From Flectonema sp. DT1601 (Eukaryota), in assembly GCA_964019425.1 (NCBI GenBank), contig OZ025802.1, positions 1-64,000 on the forward strand: a stretch of DNA of 64,000 bases, in the 5' to 3' direction. The notes below the pieces were generated by a model. It was not told the DNA's origin. It searched no databases and saw only the letters and a list, made by a program, of their open reading frames with translations. Of this stretch, positions 12,921-23,880 are shown in pieces. The position numbers and the translations under genes were made by a program. The number at the start of each line of letters is the position of its first letter. Position 1 is the first letter of the stretch.

Positions 12921-13495
12921 AGGGGGGTAACTTGATACTAATATTAAATGGAAAGCAACTTGAAACTGGCAAAAACGAGAATAAGGTTCGGCCAAACCTG
13001 GTTGCAATATAAGAAATCAACAGTTGGTATCGATAAAAAATCCCATATGTGCTGTCGAATATGGGGATTCGGGGGCCACGTACTACAGGTTGAGCGCCCC
13101 CATGCCCTGTAGCCCGTTACAGCTTAAATAGTATTCCTTCACACTTCAAAGGTAAATAAATATTAAAGGAAAATTAAAAAAAGGGAAAACTATTTTTGCA
13201 AAAAGGGGGGGTAACTTGATACTAATATTAAATGGAAAGCAACTTGAAACTGGCAAAAACGAGAATAGGGTTCGGCCAAACCTGGTTGCAATATAAGAAA
13301 TCAACAGTTGGTATCGATAAAAAATCCCATATGTGCTGTCGAATATGGGGATTCGGGGGCCACGTACTACAGGTTGAGCGCCCCCATGCCCTGTAGCCCG
13401 TTACAGCTTAAATAGTATTCCTTCACACTTCAAAGGTAAATAAATATTAAAGGAAAATTAAAAAAAGGGAAAACTATTTTTGCAAAAAGGGGGGG
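12921..13495. repeat. Two tandem ~284-bp copies of a dispersed repeat (partial third copy 29707-29894; diverged core ~31385-31450)
   Basis: GGGGTAACTTGATACTAATATTAAATGG...CTACAGGTTGAGCGCCCC recurs near-identically at 12921, 13205 and 29707. Confidence 0.9.
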
Positions 13496-14842
13496 GATAA
13501 ATAAATCAAGGGTTAACACGCAACAAATTAGACATGAATCATCATAACTGGATTCCGTCCACACAAAATCGCATGCTTCAGAAAAAAATGCTGTCAAGTC
13601 ATATTGACCGGGGACCGCGCACTACAGGTTGCCTGCAGGTCGCTACAGCTTGAAAACATTAATGCATTAATGGTAATTTGCTTTCCATGTCTGTACAGCA
13701 CCTGAATAAAGAATATAAAGTAATACGCACAAGTGGCAGAACAGATACTAAGGACATTCATGTGACCCTATCCTAAAGGTTCACTGCGTTTGAATTGAAG
13801 AGTGGAAGTGGGTGAGTGGCTGTGAACTGCAGAAGAAGTTCGATAATAACGATAAAACTAATAACAGTACCACTCACGCATCGATTCCGCATTGATAAAT
13901 CTAACTGTTAAACAATTAGGTTTATTTTTAGCATCTCCTCTTCATCAGTCAACCTGACTAAGACCTTAAAGTTGATGTTTGCTTACTGTCATTTTCATAT
14001 TCCGCTACTTTGCATTCTTTTCTTTTCTTTTATTAAGAGCGGGAAGATACCAAAGCATAGACATCAACAGCCTTAGGGCCAGTGAACATTGTTGATTTTT
14101 AGGTGACCTTCTTCTTGATGCAGAAGAGACAATGTGGAAAGGAGAGGGAGCGGGATGGTTGTGTAGCAGTATCTTACTGTCTTAGGATGGCTGACTGATA
14201 ACATCTACAACTCCCCACATACTCATTGTGTAGTATGTCTTCCTGGGCAACATGGGGAGTGCATTGCAGCCTCCAAGATGATTAACAACACCTCCTGTTT
14301 GTGAGTTAGCGCTGGGGAGTCGGCGAGCAAAGTCTCGCAATCTGTTTAATCCAACATTCTTCTTTTATTTTTTTTTAAGGTAGGAACAAGATTGGGAAAT
14401 GGGCGCAGGGCCACTTGGGGCATAAACCAAGATAAGTCGCTATGAGCGGCTGACGTTATTTCCCAACTTCACCGGGCGTCAGTTGCGACGAAGTATGTTC
14501 CCAATCGGGATTAAACAGTTTGCTTTCTTTCTTTTCTTTGCTGCCGATGCGCAGCTGTAGACAAAGAAGTCCGACTTCAATGTCATTTGTTTACTTAGGA
14601 CAAATAATAAAAACAAAACACATACGGCTACAGGATACTCACATCTGTTGGACCGATATCGATGCTTTCGTTGTCTTCCCTGGCATTGTTTTTAAAATAA
14701 CACTTGTTCTCTCCCTGTTATTCAAATACTCTGCTAAAATTACAACACAATTAAAACAGGTCTGTCATTGCTTTATTTCCGCATTCTGTTTTGCCATGGG
14801 ACGATGGAAGTACTTCGATGGAGGCTCAGCAGCGATGTGATG

Positions 14843-15793
14843 TTATCCTTGTATGTATTTTGTGTATGTTATGCTGTATTCTTGTATTAAAATATCATTC
14901 TTGTCTTGCAGGGAAAGGCCGTGGCTAAAATCTGTGGCTTCCACTTCAAAACGCTTAAGGAGATCGGGGCGAGTAGTACGTAGATCGCGCAATCGGTGAC
15001 CAAGACCCGATTGCTTCGCGAGAGAACGGTAAGAAAAAATCTTAATAAGGCGCTCCCATTCAGCAGAAGCTGAAAACTTTTTCGACCAATTGGACGATTT
15101 CTCCATAATAACATTGTAGACACCGTGCATGTCAGAGTCCTGTGAGGATCTGAGGATGTCTAATTTAATTGATTGCGCTTGTTTATATAGCGTCTCAACT
15201 CTTTTGTGTCTGAGACCAACAGTGTTCTTTGAACCAGTAAAAAGGATAACTGTGTTCGCAGAGCGGACAAATCCCCACCATTTCTTCAAAAAAGGTTTAA
15301 TAATTTTGTCCATTTTTTTGGCAAAAGGGAGAGATAAGTCATGGATCATCAAACTCCATGTTATCCTTGACAATAACAAGTGTTGGACAGACCAAGCCTT
15401 CTGAGACCCATACAGTGGCATGGCGTCGACTTTTTTTAAAAAATTCCTAGTAAAAGTGGTCAGGCGCTCTCTCAATTTCTGTTCTTTGGCGTTCGGCTCA
15501 AACCAGCGCCCGAGGTATTTGAACTCCCCAGCTTCCTGGAGATTCGTAATCGGAACATTGTTAATCTTCAGGTCCGTGTTAGCTGGTTTCCCTTGTACAA
15601 AGCTGTGGGCAATGCATTTCTGGGGTTTCGCTTTCATACGAGACCAGGAAAGAAACTGTTCAAGCGACTTGATTAGCAATTTTGCCCCCGCCTTTGATGA
15701 CGTGGTAAGTTGTAAATCATCAGCAAAAGCTGCAACTAATAATAGTTGGAGGGATTTATTGTTAAACTCGCATCGCGTGTGCGGTGGGTTTAA
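14843..15793 (-). pseudogene. Truncated reverse transcriptase fragment of an RLE-type (R2/NeSL/HERO-like) non-LTR retrotransposon
   Basis: Frame extends upstream of the listed ORF to include LVAAFADDLQL, then WSRMKAKPQKC, FKYLGRWF and QHLLLSRITWSL (RT motifs 5-7 and thumb). N-terminal RT and endonuclease are missing. Confidence 0.8.
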
Positions 15794-16532
15794 TCACTGA
15801 GGGGCCCATTCTCGTTCAGACTGTTCTGTTCTGTTCTGGTGTCTTTCCATTACTCCTCCCATCTCTGCCAGGAGACAGCCTGACAACCCATATTGATATT
15901 CCTTGAGAGGTCCTTCGCCTGAATCCCCTTCTTGCGAATTGTTGTAAGGAAGCTGCGGGAGAATGAGATGAGACGTCTGAGCACACCATTCACAATACTA
16001 TATTGTGCACACATGAACTCCATGATGTTGCCCATTTCCTCGTTACTGAGAGACATCAGGTAAGCGTATGCCCGCCTGCGACGATGAGAGTACTTGATGA
16101 GTCGCTCGTTGCGCTGCAAGAATGTGAGAACCCACCTGAGGAATGGAATACCTCGAAGCGGGCATGATAACACATAGCATGCAAATGCTAAGGTTCCGAA
16201 GCACCCATTTGTAACCTTCTCTTTAAATGGGCACGCCCTAAAAGAGATGCGGTGCTTCTTGCGAAGCCAGTAAGCAAACGACCGATTCCCACATATGTAT
16301 CTCTTGTTCTTTGGCTGGTCTGGGATGTGGGAACCATTCCTGATTCTGATGTGTTGAATCTTCACGTTTGGTCTAAGGCATCTCAGTCTGAGCGACTGGA
16401 CAATTTAACCCCGGCGCAAGTCATTAAGAGTAATTTCGATACTTAGTTTACAAGTATTAATACCTTAATAAATTTCTCTTCCCTATTCCCTTCAAAATTT
16501 CAATAACATGGATCTCGAGTGCGTGAGAATTA

Positions 16533-16650
16533 CTTTGTGGAGCTGGCAGTTTTTTAAAACTTTGTGTGTGGAGCAGGCAGTTTTTGAAACTTTGTGGAGT
16601 GGGCGTTTTTTAAAACTTTGTGTGGAGCGGGCAGTTTTTTGAAACTTTCA
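16533..16650. repeat. Short degenerate ~30-bp tandem repeat (AAACTTTGTGTGGAGCGGGCAGTTTTT) x4
   Basis: Visible periodicity. Confidence 0.8.
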
Positions 16651-16654
16651 AATT

Positions 16655-17853
16655 AATAAAAAAGAATAAAAAAAAAAAAAAAAAGAATAAACAATGTTAT
16701 CATTGTTTTTTTTTTTATCTTTGTCGACTAATTTCTATTTTCCGTTTCTTTTCTTTAAAAAATAAATAAAAAGAATTTAAAATAAAAAAAAGAATAAACA
16801 ATGTTATCATTGTTTTTTTATCGATCGACTATGTCGATTACTTTCTATTTTCCGTCCTGGTCAAGACGCTAAACTGATTGTTTTTTTTTTTCAAAATAAA
16901 AAAAATATTAAAAAAAAAAAATTTAAAAAAAAAGAATAAACAATGTTATCATTATTTTTTCTTATCGTTCGACTTTGTCGACTAATTTCTATTTTCCGTT
17001 TCTTTTCTTTAAAAAATAAATAAAAAGAATTTAAAATAAAAAAAAAGAATAAACAATGTTATCATTGTTTTTTTTTATCGATCGACTATGTCGATTACTT
17101 TCTATTTTCCGTCCTGGTCAAGACGCTAAACTGATTGTTTTTTTTTTTCAAAATAAAAAAAATATTAAAAAAAAAAAAATTAAAAAAAAAGAATAAACAA
17201 TGTTATCATTATTTTTTCTTATCGTTCGACTTTGTCGACTAATTTCTATTTTCCGTTTCTTTTCTTTAAAAAATAAATAAAAAGAATTTAAAATAAAAAA
17301 AAAGAATAAACAATGTTATCATTGTTTTTTTATCGATCGACTATGTCGATTACTTTCTATTTTCCGTCCTGGTCAAGACGCTAAACTGAAAATGAATAAA
17401 AAAGAATAAAAAAAAAAAAAAAAAAAAAAAAGAATAAACAATGTTTTCAATGTTTTTTTTTTTATCGTTCGACTTTGTCGACTAATTTCTATTTTCCGTT
17501 TCTTTTCTTTAAAAAATAAATAAAAAGAATTTAAAATAAAAAAAAAGAATAAACAATGTTATCATTGTTTTTTTATCGATCGACTATGTCGATTACTTTC
17601 TATTTTCCGTCCTGGTCAAGACGCTAAACTGAAAATGAATAAAAAAGAATAAAAAAAAAAAAAAAAAAAAAAAAGAATAAACAATGTTTTCAATGTTTTT
17701 TTTTTTATCGTTCGACTTTGTCGACTAATTTCTATTTTCCGTTTTTTCTCTTTAAAAAATAAATAAAAAGAATTTAAAATAAAAAAAAAGAATAAACAAT
17801 GTTATCATTGTTTTTTTATCGATCGACTATGTCGATTACTTTCTATTTTCCGT
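16655..17853. repeat. AT-rich satellite with alternating A/B monomers (~245-bp dimer, about 5 copies)
   Basis: AGAATAAACAATGTT(A/T)TCA heads every monomer; monomers alternately continue TTTTCCGTTTCTTTTC or TTTTCCGTCCTGGTCAAGACGCTAAACTG. Confidence 0.92.
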
Positions 17854-17923
17854 AAACCCGCAAACCCGCAAACCCGCAAACCCGCAAACCCGCAAACCCG
17901 CAAACCCGCAAACCCGCAAACCC
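17854..17923 (-). repeat. Internal tract of the telomere-like octamer, (AAACCCGC)x8.75, inverted relative to the 12.5-kb array
   Basis: Perfect reverse complement of the terminal repeat. Confidence 0.95.
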
Positions 17924-17985
17924 AGTCCCAGGCTGGACGAACTTGCAGCTCCATGCTGACTTGCGATAGAAGGGGTTCCCGCGGT

Positions 17986-19291
17986 TCACTTCGCCTGTAG
18001 ACGTGAGCCCCCCCCGGCGTTTCCCTTCGGTCTGAACTGAAAGCGGTTACCCACATTCAGTTTCTTTACAAAGGTTGGTGGGCGTGCTCTCTTCTTTTTT
18101 ACTATCAAGGCATTCGCCTTTTCTACAGGATCTTCGGATGCTATCAGTAGTTGCTCCTGAAGCCCCGACCGCTTTGTACCGTCTGTACAGAAAAAGTGTT
18201 GAAACCTTAACTGTCTCAACAAATCATCCCCCAACTTCACCAAGTGAGGAACCTGCGTCCAGCCTGTCACTCTTTCCATACCAAAAAGGAAGTTTGAGAG
18301 GTTCTCAAATTTTTCAACCAATAAGTCCCCTCCCAGACCATATTTTAGACCGGAAACATATCGGCCATCAAGCTTCATCACTAGTGTCGCCGCCCCCTTC
18401 GCTTCAAGGATTTCCTCCCATGCCTTGACCTCCTTTGCACATGACGGGTCAGTTATCAGTTCTAGGTGCTCTTCATGATCAGGTTCAGGCTGAGTATTCT
18501 GTTGTATCACCGGTGGCTGGAATGGCTGAGGTGGCATCCCCACTGGTGGCTGATGTGATAGTGGCGGTGGTGGCGGTGGCATCGGCATCTTCACTGCTTC
18601 GTGTTGCTGTGGTCGTGTCTCTTGTCTTTCTACCCGTGTTTTTAGCGAAACGAGTCCCGCCATTAGCGACTGCATTACAGTCTCGGTTTGTTGTTGCTGT
18701 TGCTGCTGTCTCATTGTAAAATCTTCGATGGTCGTCCTTATCGACCCCATCTCTTCAGCCGTGTTTTCCCTGTACCTGGCAACCGATTCAAACCTCTGAC
18801 CCACTCCAGAAAAGGTTGCCTCTGTCCGACTTTCTAACACCCTCGTTGCTTCGGCATTGTCTGAACATGTCTGCTGCGCCTGTTGACGCAGTAAGGCTGC
18901 ATCCTCCTGCAGACTGCCCATCGCATCGTTGGCGTCATCATACGACACGAGACAGGGGTTCCCCCCCCTTGACAGCCGCTCTCCAACCTTCGCGGCTTTT
19001 TCTGCTACCAATCCTCGATTTACCCTTGACAGCAGACCCAATAACACAACTGCATGTGTTATTGGGACCGTCGCCAATGATCCTTGCGGCATCCCCAAAG
19101 AGATGGCAAGTGTCCCCCTTACCATCTCCCTAAGCGATGTATCATTCCTCAGCTGATTGAGGTCCACTTCAAACGGGATATCTGCTTTTGCTGTATCCAA
19201 ATCAATCATTTCACTCTCTGTAGGTACCGGATTCCCTGTCTTTTTCTCCCATACATTCTTCAAGGCAGCAGGGAATGTAAACTCAACAAGT
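17986..19291 (-). pseudogene. Gag-like/coiled-coil ORF, distal copy lacking its ATG (interrupted by the LINE)
   Basis: Open frame with coiled-coil, poly-Q, poly-P and a basic C-terminus ending at an in-register G GGA AAC slippery site. The gag assignment is inference. Confidence 0.55.
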
Positions 19292-19740
19292 TAGTTAGTT
19301 AGTTAGTTAGCGAGTCCGACATACAATCGAGTACCGGTTAGCTAGACACAACAGGGTGGAACGGTTAACCACCTGTGAGTCCCCAATACTACGACTTTAT
19401 GTCAAACCTAATCCCTGAGAGGATCACTTTTTTAGCTCCAGCGAGGAATTCTAATGTTCGAGAGACCCGAATTCCTCAATGCTTCGGCCTTGACCGGTTC
19501 GCTAGCAAATTAACAGAGTTTGGGGAGGGGAAAGGAAGATGATAATGATAATGATAAAACGAAGAAAACAAAATAAAATAAAATAAAATAAAATAAAAAA
19601 AAAAAAATAAAATAAAATAAAATAAATCAATAAATAAACAAAATAAAGGAAAGGGATAGAGAATTCAGATCTGTTGAATAATAGTAATCCTGGATGATTT
19701 TGACTGCTACTGATGTTGATTTAAGTGAATACTGCCAAAG

Positions 19741-22700
19741 TCACATGCCAAGGGATATATCGATATAGGACCTAGTAGGAGGTCCACGGACCCTGTGGTC
19801 AAACCATTTGGGATCAATTCTTTTGTAGTCGGCGTAGTGGATCTTATTCAAAAGATCTGTGAATTGCGTTCCCACGATACCGAGGTAGCAATACAGTTCC
19901 ACTGTCCATAGATGTTCATGTATCTCCTTGATTTCGGTGCAGTCGTATGCTTGTGTGATGGCCTGCATGACTTCGGTCGTGTCATTCGGGGATAACTTTG
20001 GAAGTTTGGAGTACCTGTTGAGGTGCCACAGTAGTTTCTGTCTTGGTATGGCTACACGTAGCGGGAAACTCATTAAGTAGATGTTCAACTCCTTCAGCAT
20101 GGCGGCCAAAAATGGTTGGTTGTCGGTTTCGAAGAAGGTATGATGATGCTGGCCTACATTTTCCGTATTATCTATCGGAAGAATTGGGAAGAACTTTCGA
20201 ACTATCGGACTCACTCCCTTGCACTTAGAGAGGAGGTGGTGTGCATCTGTTTCGGTATGATCACAGAATTGGCAATCGGTTAGGCCCAAACCTGGCAGCT
20301 TAACTAATTTGTGGTGGCCAGTGCGTATTTGTGCAATACTCACTTCGTCCTCCCGAGAGATATCAGGATGAAACTTCTGTACTCTCCCAGCTGACGTAGC
20401 TAAGCAGTGTACGTGCATTGTGTCGCGGGATCTGAGCCATTCTCTTCTCACCTGGCTGATTATGGAACATTGGGCCATGCGGTAGTCGAACTCAACTTCC
20501 GTGAGCGGCAGGTCGGAAGCCGCCGCTTTGGAGGCTAGGTTGTCCGCCAATTCATTCCCTATCACACCACAGTGTGAGGGTACAAATTGAACTGATATCG
20601 GACGGTTTAGTGAGGATATCAGTTTAAATATCTTGCTGTTAGTACGCGAGGATTGGCATAGGTAGCCTTTAGCCAGGCTACTTAGCGACGACTGGCTGTC
20701 CGATATGACGTGAACGCGACCATATGGGAGCCGTGCTGAGTTCTCGCGGATGAGATCAAGGGCTGAGATTAGTGCGCGCTGTTCGGCGTTGTAAATCATG
20801 AGTGACGGATGGTAGCGTTGTTGCTTCTTGTAGCACTTGTTCCGGACGACGAGTACTGCTGCGTTGCCACAGTGGTAATTGCCATCCTTGTCCTCAAAAT
20901 ACGAAGCATCAGTGTATACTCTGGCAACTGCCGGCGGAAGAGACTCCAACGAAGCGATGGCAAATTTGAGGTTGAGTCCCGAGTCCTGTGACTTTCTGAA
21001 ATCTCTGTTAGGTATAATTGTTACGTTGGGTGGTGTTAACCACGGTGCTTGGTAATGTTGTAAATACATCTGCGATCTAAGTCGGGGTGTTGGATAGCGT
21101 CTAGATGAACGCGAGGCTGAAGCTTCCCACGGAGTCTCCTCGTTGCCTTTGAAGAGACCCCATGTCGGTAGATTATCATTGTATCGCTGGAATCGTTCAT
21201 AGCACAGTGCTAGGGACTTAGTTAGATGTTGCTGAAACGGTAGAATATCTGACTCAACTGATACTGCTGAGGTCGACGCCGATTGGGAGCAGCCCGTTAG
21301 TCTCAACATGAGTTTCCTGTGGACCGTGCTTACGTGTGTCCATGATTTCTCGCGGAGGAATGGGGCGTATGCGGCAAGGCCGTGGAATGCCCTAGCTAGT
21401 ACCAAACCATTCACCAGTTGTCTCAAAGTTTCCGTCTTGATCCTGAAGGATGAGATCATCTTTAGAAGACCAATTCCACGCTTCAGTGTGCTTTCCATTT
21501 TGTTCAATTGTGGAATAAAGGAGAGACGGTCGTCGATCAACACACCCAGATATCTCGCTTGTTCCACGCGCCTAAGAGGCTTGGCTGTTGTCATCGTTAG
21601 TGCCTTCTTACTCACTCTGCTTCGAAATTCTGAACGAGTCGACACCTTCCTTCCGTTTACAGTTAGGGGAAAGGTTGTTCCTCCATCGCGATTCAGTTGT
21701 GCTCCAGGTCCTATGTCTAAATCATCTAAAAGGTCCATCGGACTCGAAATGGACTCCAATTTTATAGTTGATGGAAGATACAGTCTAGGGAATCTACAGA
21801 GCCCCCTGCCAGGGTCAAACCGTGTGCCAATGGCTAGAAACTCCGTCTTCTCTATTGACAAACTCATTTCTGAGTCTACTAGCCAGCCCTCCACTTGCCG
21901 TATTGCCTCATTGGCTTTATCCTCCAGATCACCAACTTTCGTACTGCTAACAAATATTGATAGGTCGTCAGCATATAGAAGCTTCAGATCGGCACTCTTG
22001 ATCGACTGTGGTAGGGAGTTGACGTATAGTCTGAAGAGGAGAGGTCCAAGGATGCTACCTTGCGGGACACCTTTGTTACATTTGACCCTCTTCGAGAAGG
22101 ATTCGCCATATTGCAGACGGGCCGACCGGTGAGTTAAGAAATCGGAGATCCATCTAACGAAAGGCAACGGTAGGAGTGGTTTGAGTCTTGCGATTAACTT
22201 ATTATGATTAACATTATCAAATGCACCTGAGATGTCAAAGAACAGCAAAACCCCACATCTGTTAAAATCGCTTCTTACTTCGGATGCTGCATTTGTTAAG
22301 ACTGCAATGTTTTCTTCAGTAGTCCTGCCTGGGACGAAACCAGCTTGATTGGGGTCAAGGTTACCTTCCAAAATGTGCTCCAGCCGCCGGAGGATCAGAG
22401 ATTCAATGAATTTAGCCACAGTTGATGTCATCGAAATAGGACGGTACGACGATGGTTCCACTGGATCTTTTCCATTCCCTTTGAGAAATGGAATTACGTT
22501 TGCTTCTTTAAAACAATCTGGCAGAATGCCGCGCTGTAGTGACCAGTTGGCAATCCTGAGTAGGACCTCCTTCATCCCGGTTCCTAAGTGTAGAATCATG
22601 TTATTCGTGATTGCGTCAGGTCCCGCACTATCGGTCTTCCTGAGCGAGTGGAGAACGGCCTGGGCTTCTTCCAAAGAGAAGGGTTTACACTCAGGGATTT

Positions 22701-23787
22701 CGAGGTCTTCTGGTTTTACTGTTGGGGACTGTGATCTGCCTACATCGTTACTTGAGGGGAAAAAACGTTCCAACAGCGTCTTCAGCGGGGCTTGTGGTTT
22801 TGGAAGGGACGTTTTATCACCTCTAAGTTCTCTCAGTTTCCTGTATGTCCAAGAAAAACCCTTATCGCTGCTTCCTAGAACTACTTGATCCGGAGTGAGA
22901 GGGGTCAACTGACGTTTCGCTGCTGCACGACGAGGTTTGCACCACTTATTTGGCAACGTTGCAATCGCTGTTTTAATAATCGTTTGTGTAAAGTTCAATG
23001 AGAGTTTCTTCAATGATTTAACCTTAAGGAGACGGGCAGTGTGGATATCAAGCTTCTCAGTAAAATTCTTCCAGTGTTCGATAGAAAATCTTTTGTATAG
23101 CCATTTCCGGTGTGGAGGAGAGCCTTTCTCATTCGCAAGAGCCGAGATGTCGAAGTCCGCTAGAATAGGAGTATGGTCTGACATAAGGGTCTCTGGATCG
23201 TATTGGCAGATGCTAAGGCACTTGTGTTGTGGGGAGTGTAGAATAAGATCTGGAGTCGTACCGTGTCTGGGGATCGTGGGTCTGAGTTGAGTTATCTCCA
23301 AACCGTTGTCAGTAATCCAATTATTTACTACGTTACCAGCGTATCTTACAGTTACCTTATTTGTCCAGGACTCGTGGTGGGCATTGAAATCTCCGAAGGC
23401 CATATCGCCCAAATCGAATGTTTGCGGCAGGCTTGTAACACCTGGTGGTATGTATACATTATTAAATGTAATGGACCCCATGGCGGATGCTAAATTATAA
23501 CTAAGAATTTCTATATCTGAGGAATCAGGAGCAGTTTCCGGCAAGCGAGATATTTTCAGACCGTCTTTGAAGTAGGTGAGCAAACCACCACCACGACATT
23601 TGGAGCCAACAACTCTGTCCCTTCTTAGTGATGAGTATCCATTCATGTGAAGAAGGTCACAGCTGTTTTTATTGAGCCAGGTTTCTTGAAGATTAATAAT
23701 ATCAGGGTTAGTAGCGGATACTATTGACTCCAAAGCTGCTCGAGTGTTAGATAATGATCTAACGTTCCATGATAGTACTCTCAAAGG
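19741..23787 (-). CDS. LINE ORF2: AP endonuclease - reverse transcriptase - RNase H - CCHC finger
   Basis: SWNV, LQETWL, GDFNAHH, SDH (APE); YRPIS, QAGF, FFDISGAFD, GVPQGSILGP, YADD, YLGV (RT); YTDAS, SDSQS, VPSHCGVIGNELAD (RNase H); CQFC..H..C. No ATG before the APE motifs. Confidence 0.95.
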   Translation of the reverse strand, partial: PLRVLSWNVRSLSNTRAALESIVSATNPDIINLQETWLNKNSCDLLHMNGYSSLRRDRVVGSKCRGGGLLTYFKDGLKISRLPETAPDSSDIEILSYNLASAMGSITFNNVYIPPGVTSLPQTFDLGDMAFGDFNAHHESWTNKVTVRYAGNVVNNWITDNGLEITQLRPTIPRHGTTPDLILHSPQHKCLSICQYDPETLMSDHTPILADFDISALANEKGSPPHRKWLYKRFSIEHWKNFTEKLDIHTARLLKVKSLKKLSLNFTQTIIKTAIATLPNKWCKPRRAAAKRQLTPLTPDQVVLGSSDKGFSWTYRKLRELRGDKTSLPKPQAPLKTLLERFFPSSNDVGRSQSPTVKPEDLEIPECKPFSLEEAQAVLHSLRKTDSAGPDAITNNMILHLGTGMKEVLLRIANWSLQRGILPDCFKEANVIPFLKGNGKDPVEPSSYRPISMTSTVAKFIESLILRRLEHILEGNLDPNQAGFVPGRTTEENIAVLTNAASEVRSDFNRCGVLLFFDISGAFDNVNHNKLIARLKPLLPLPFVRWISDFLTHRSARLQYGESFSKRVKCNKGVPQGSILGPLLFRLYVNSLPQSIKSADLKLLYADDLSIFVSSTKVGDLEDKANEAIRQVEGWLVDSEMSLSIEKTEFLAIGTRFDPGRGLCRFPRLYLPSTIKLESISSPMDLLDDLDIGPGAQLNRDGGTTFPLTVNGRKVSTRSEFRSRVSKKALTMTTAKPLRRVEQARYLGVLIDDRLSFIPQLNKMESTLKRGIGLLKMISSFRIKTETLRQLVNGLVLARAFHGLAAYAPFLREKSWTHVSTVHRKLMLRLTGCSQSASTSAVSVESDILPFQQHLTKSLALCYERFQRYNDNLPTWGLFKGNEETPWEASASRSSRRYPTPRLRSQMYLQHYQAPWLTPPNVTIIPNRDFRKSQDSGLNLKFAIASLESLPPAVARVYTDASYFEDKDGNYHCGNAAVLVVRNKCYKKQQRYHPSLMIYNAEQRALISALDLIRENSARLPYGRVHVISDSQSSLSSLAKGYLCQSSRTNSKIFKLISSLNRPISVQFVPSHCGVIGNELADNLASKAAASDLPLTEVEFDYRMAQCSIISQVRREWLRSRDTMHVHCLATSAGRVQKFHPDISREDEVSIAQIRTGHHKLVKLPGLGLTDCQFCDHTETDAHHLLSKCKGVSPIVRKFFPILPIDNTENVGQHHHTFFETDNQPFLAAMLKELNIYLMSFPLRVAIPRQKLLWHLNRYSKLPKLSPNDTTEVMQAITQAYDCTEIKEIHEHLWTVELYCYLGIVGTQFTDLLNKIHYADYKRIDPKWFDHRVRGPPTRSYIDISLGM

Positions 23788-23880
23788 ACCAGGGTTTTGT
23801 TCAATACCAGACAGAATTAAGCGGCGTCTGGCAGTAGTAGAGAGATGGTACTCTTTGCTCGGTTGTTGATGTTGTAGTTG

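Noticed and set aside
13060..13115. HDV-like or hammerhead ribozyme
   Set aside because: P1/P2-like pairing and CGAAT exist on the minus strand but there is no room for P3/L3, and no CUGANGA/GAAA core; kept only as an unclassified structure.
15850..16365. 171-aa minus-strand ORF
   Set aside because: No recognisable motif and no ATG start; may be a decayed fragment but cannot be supported.
16655..17853. CRISPR-like repeat/spacer appearance
   Set aside because: The spacers are themselves repeats, there are no cas genes, and the context is eukaryotic.
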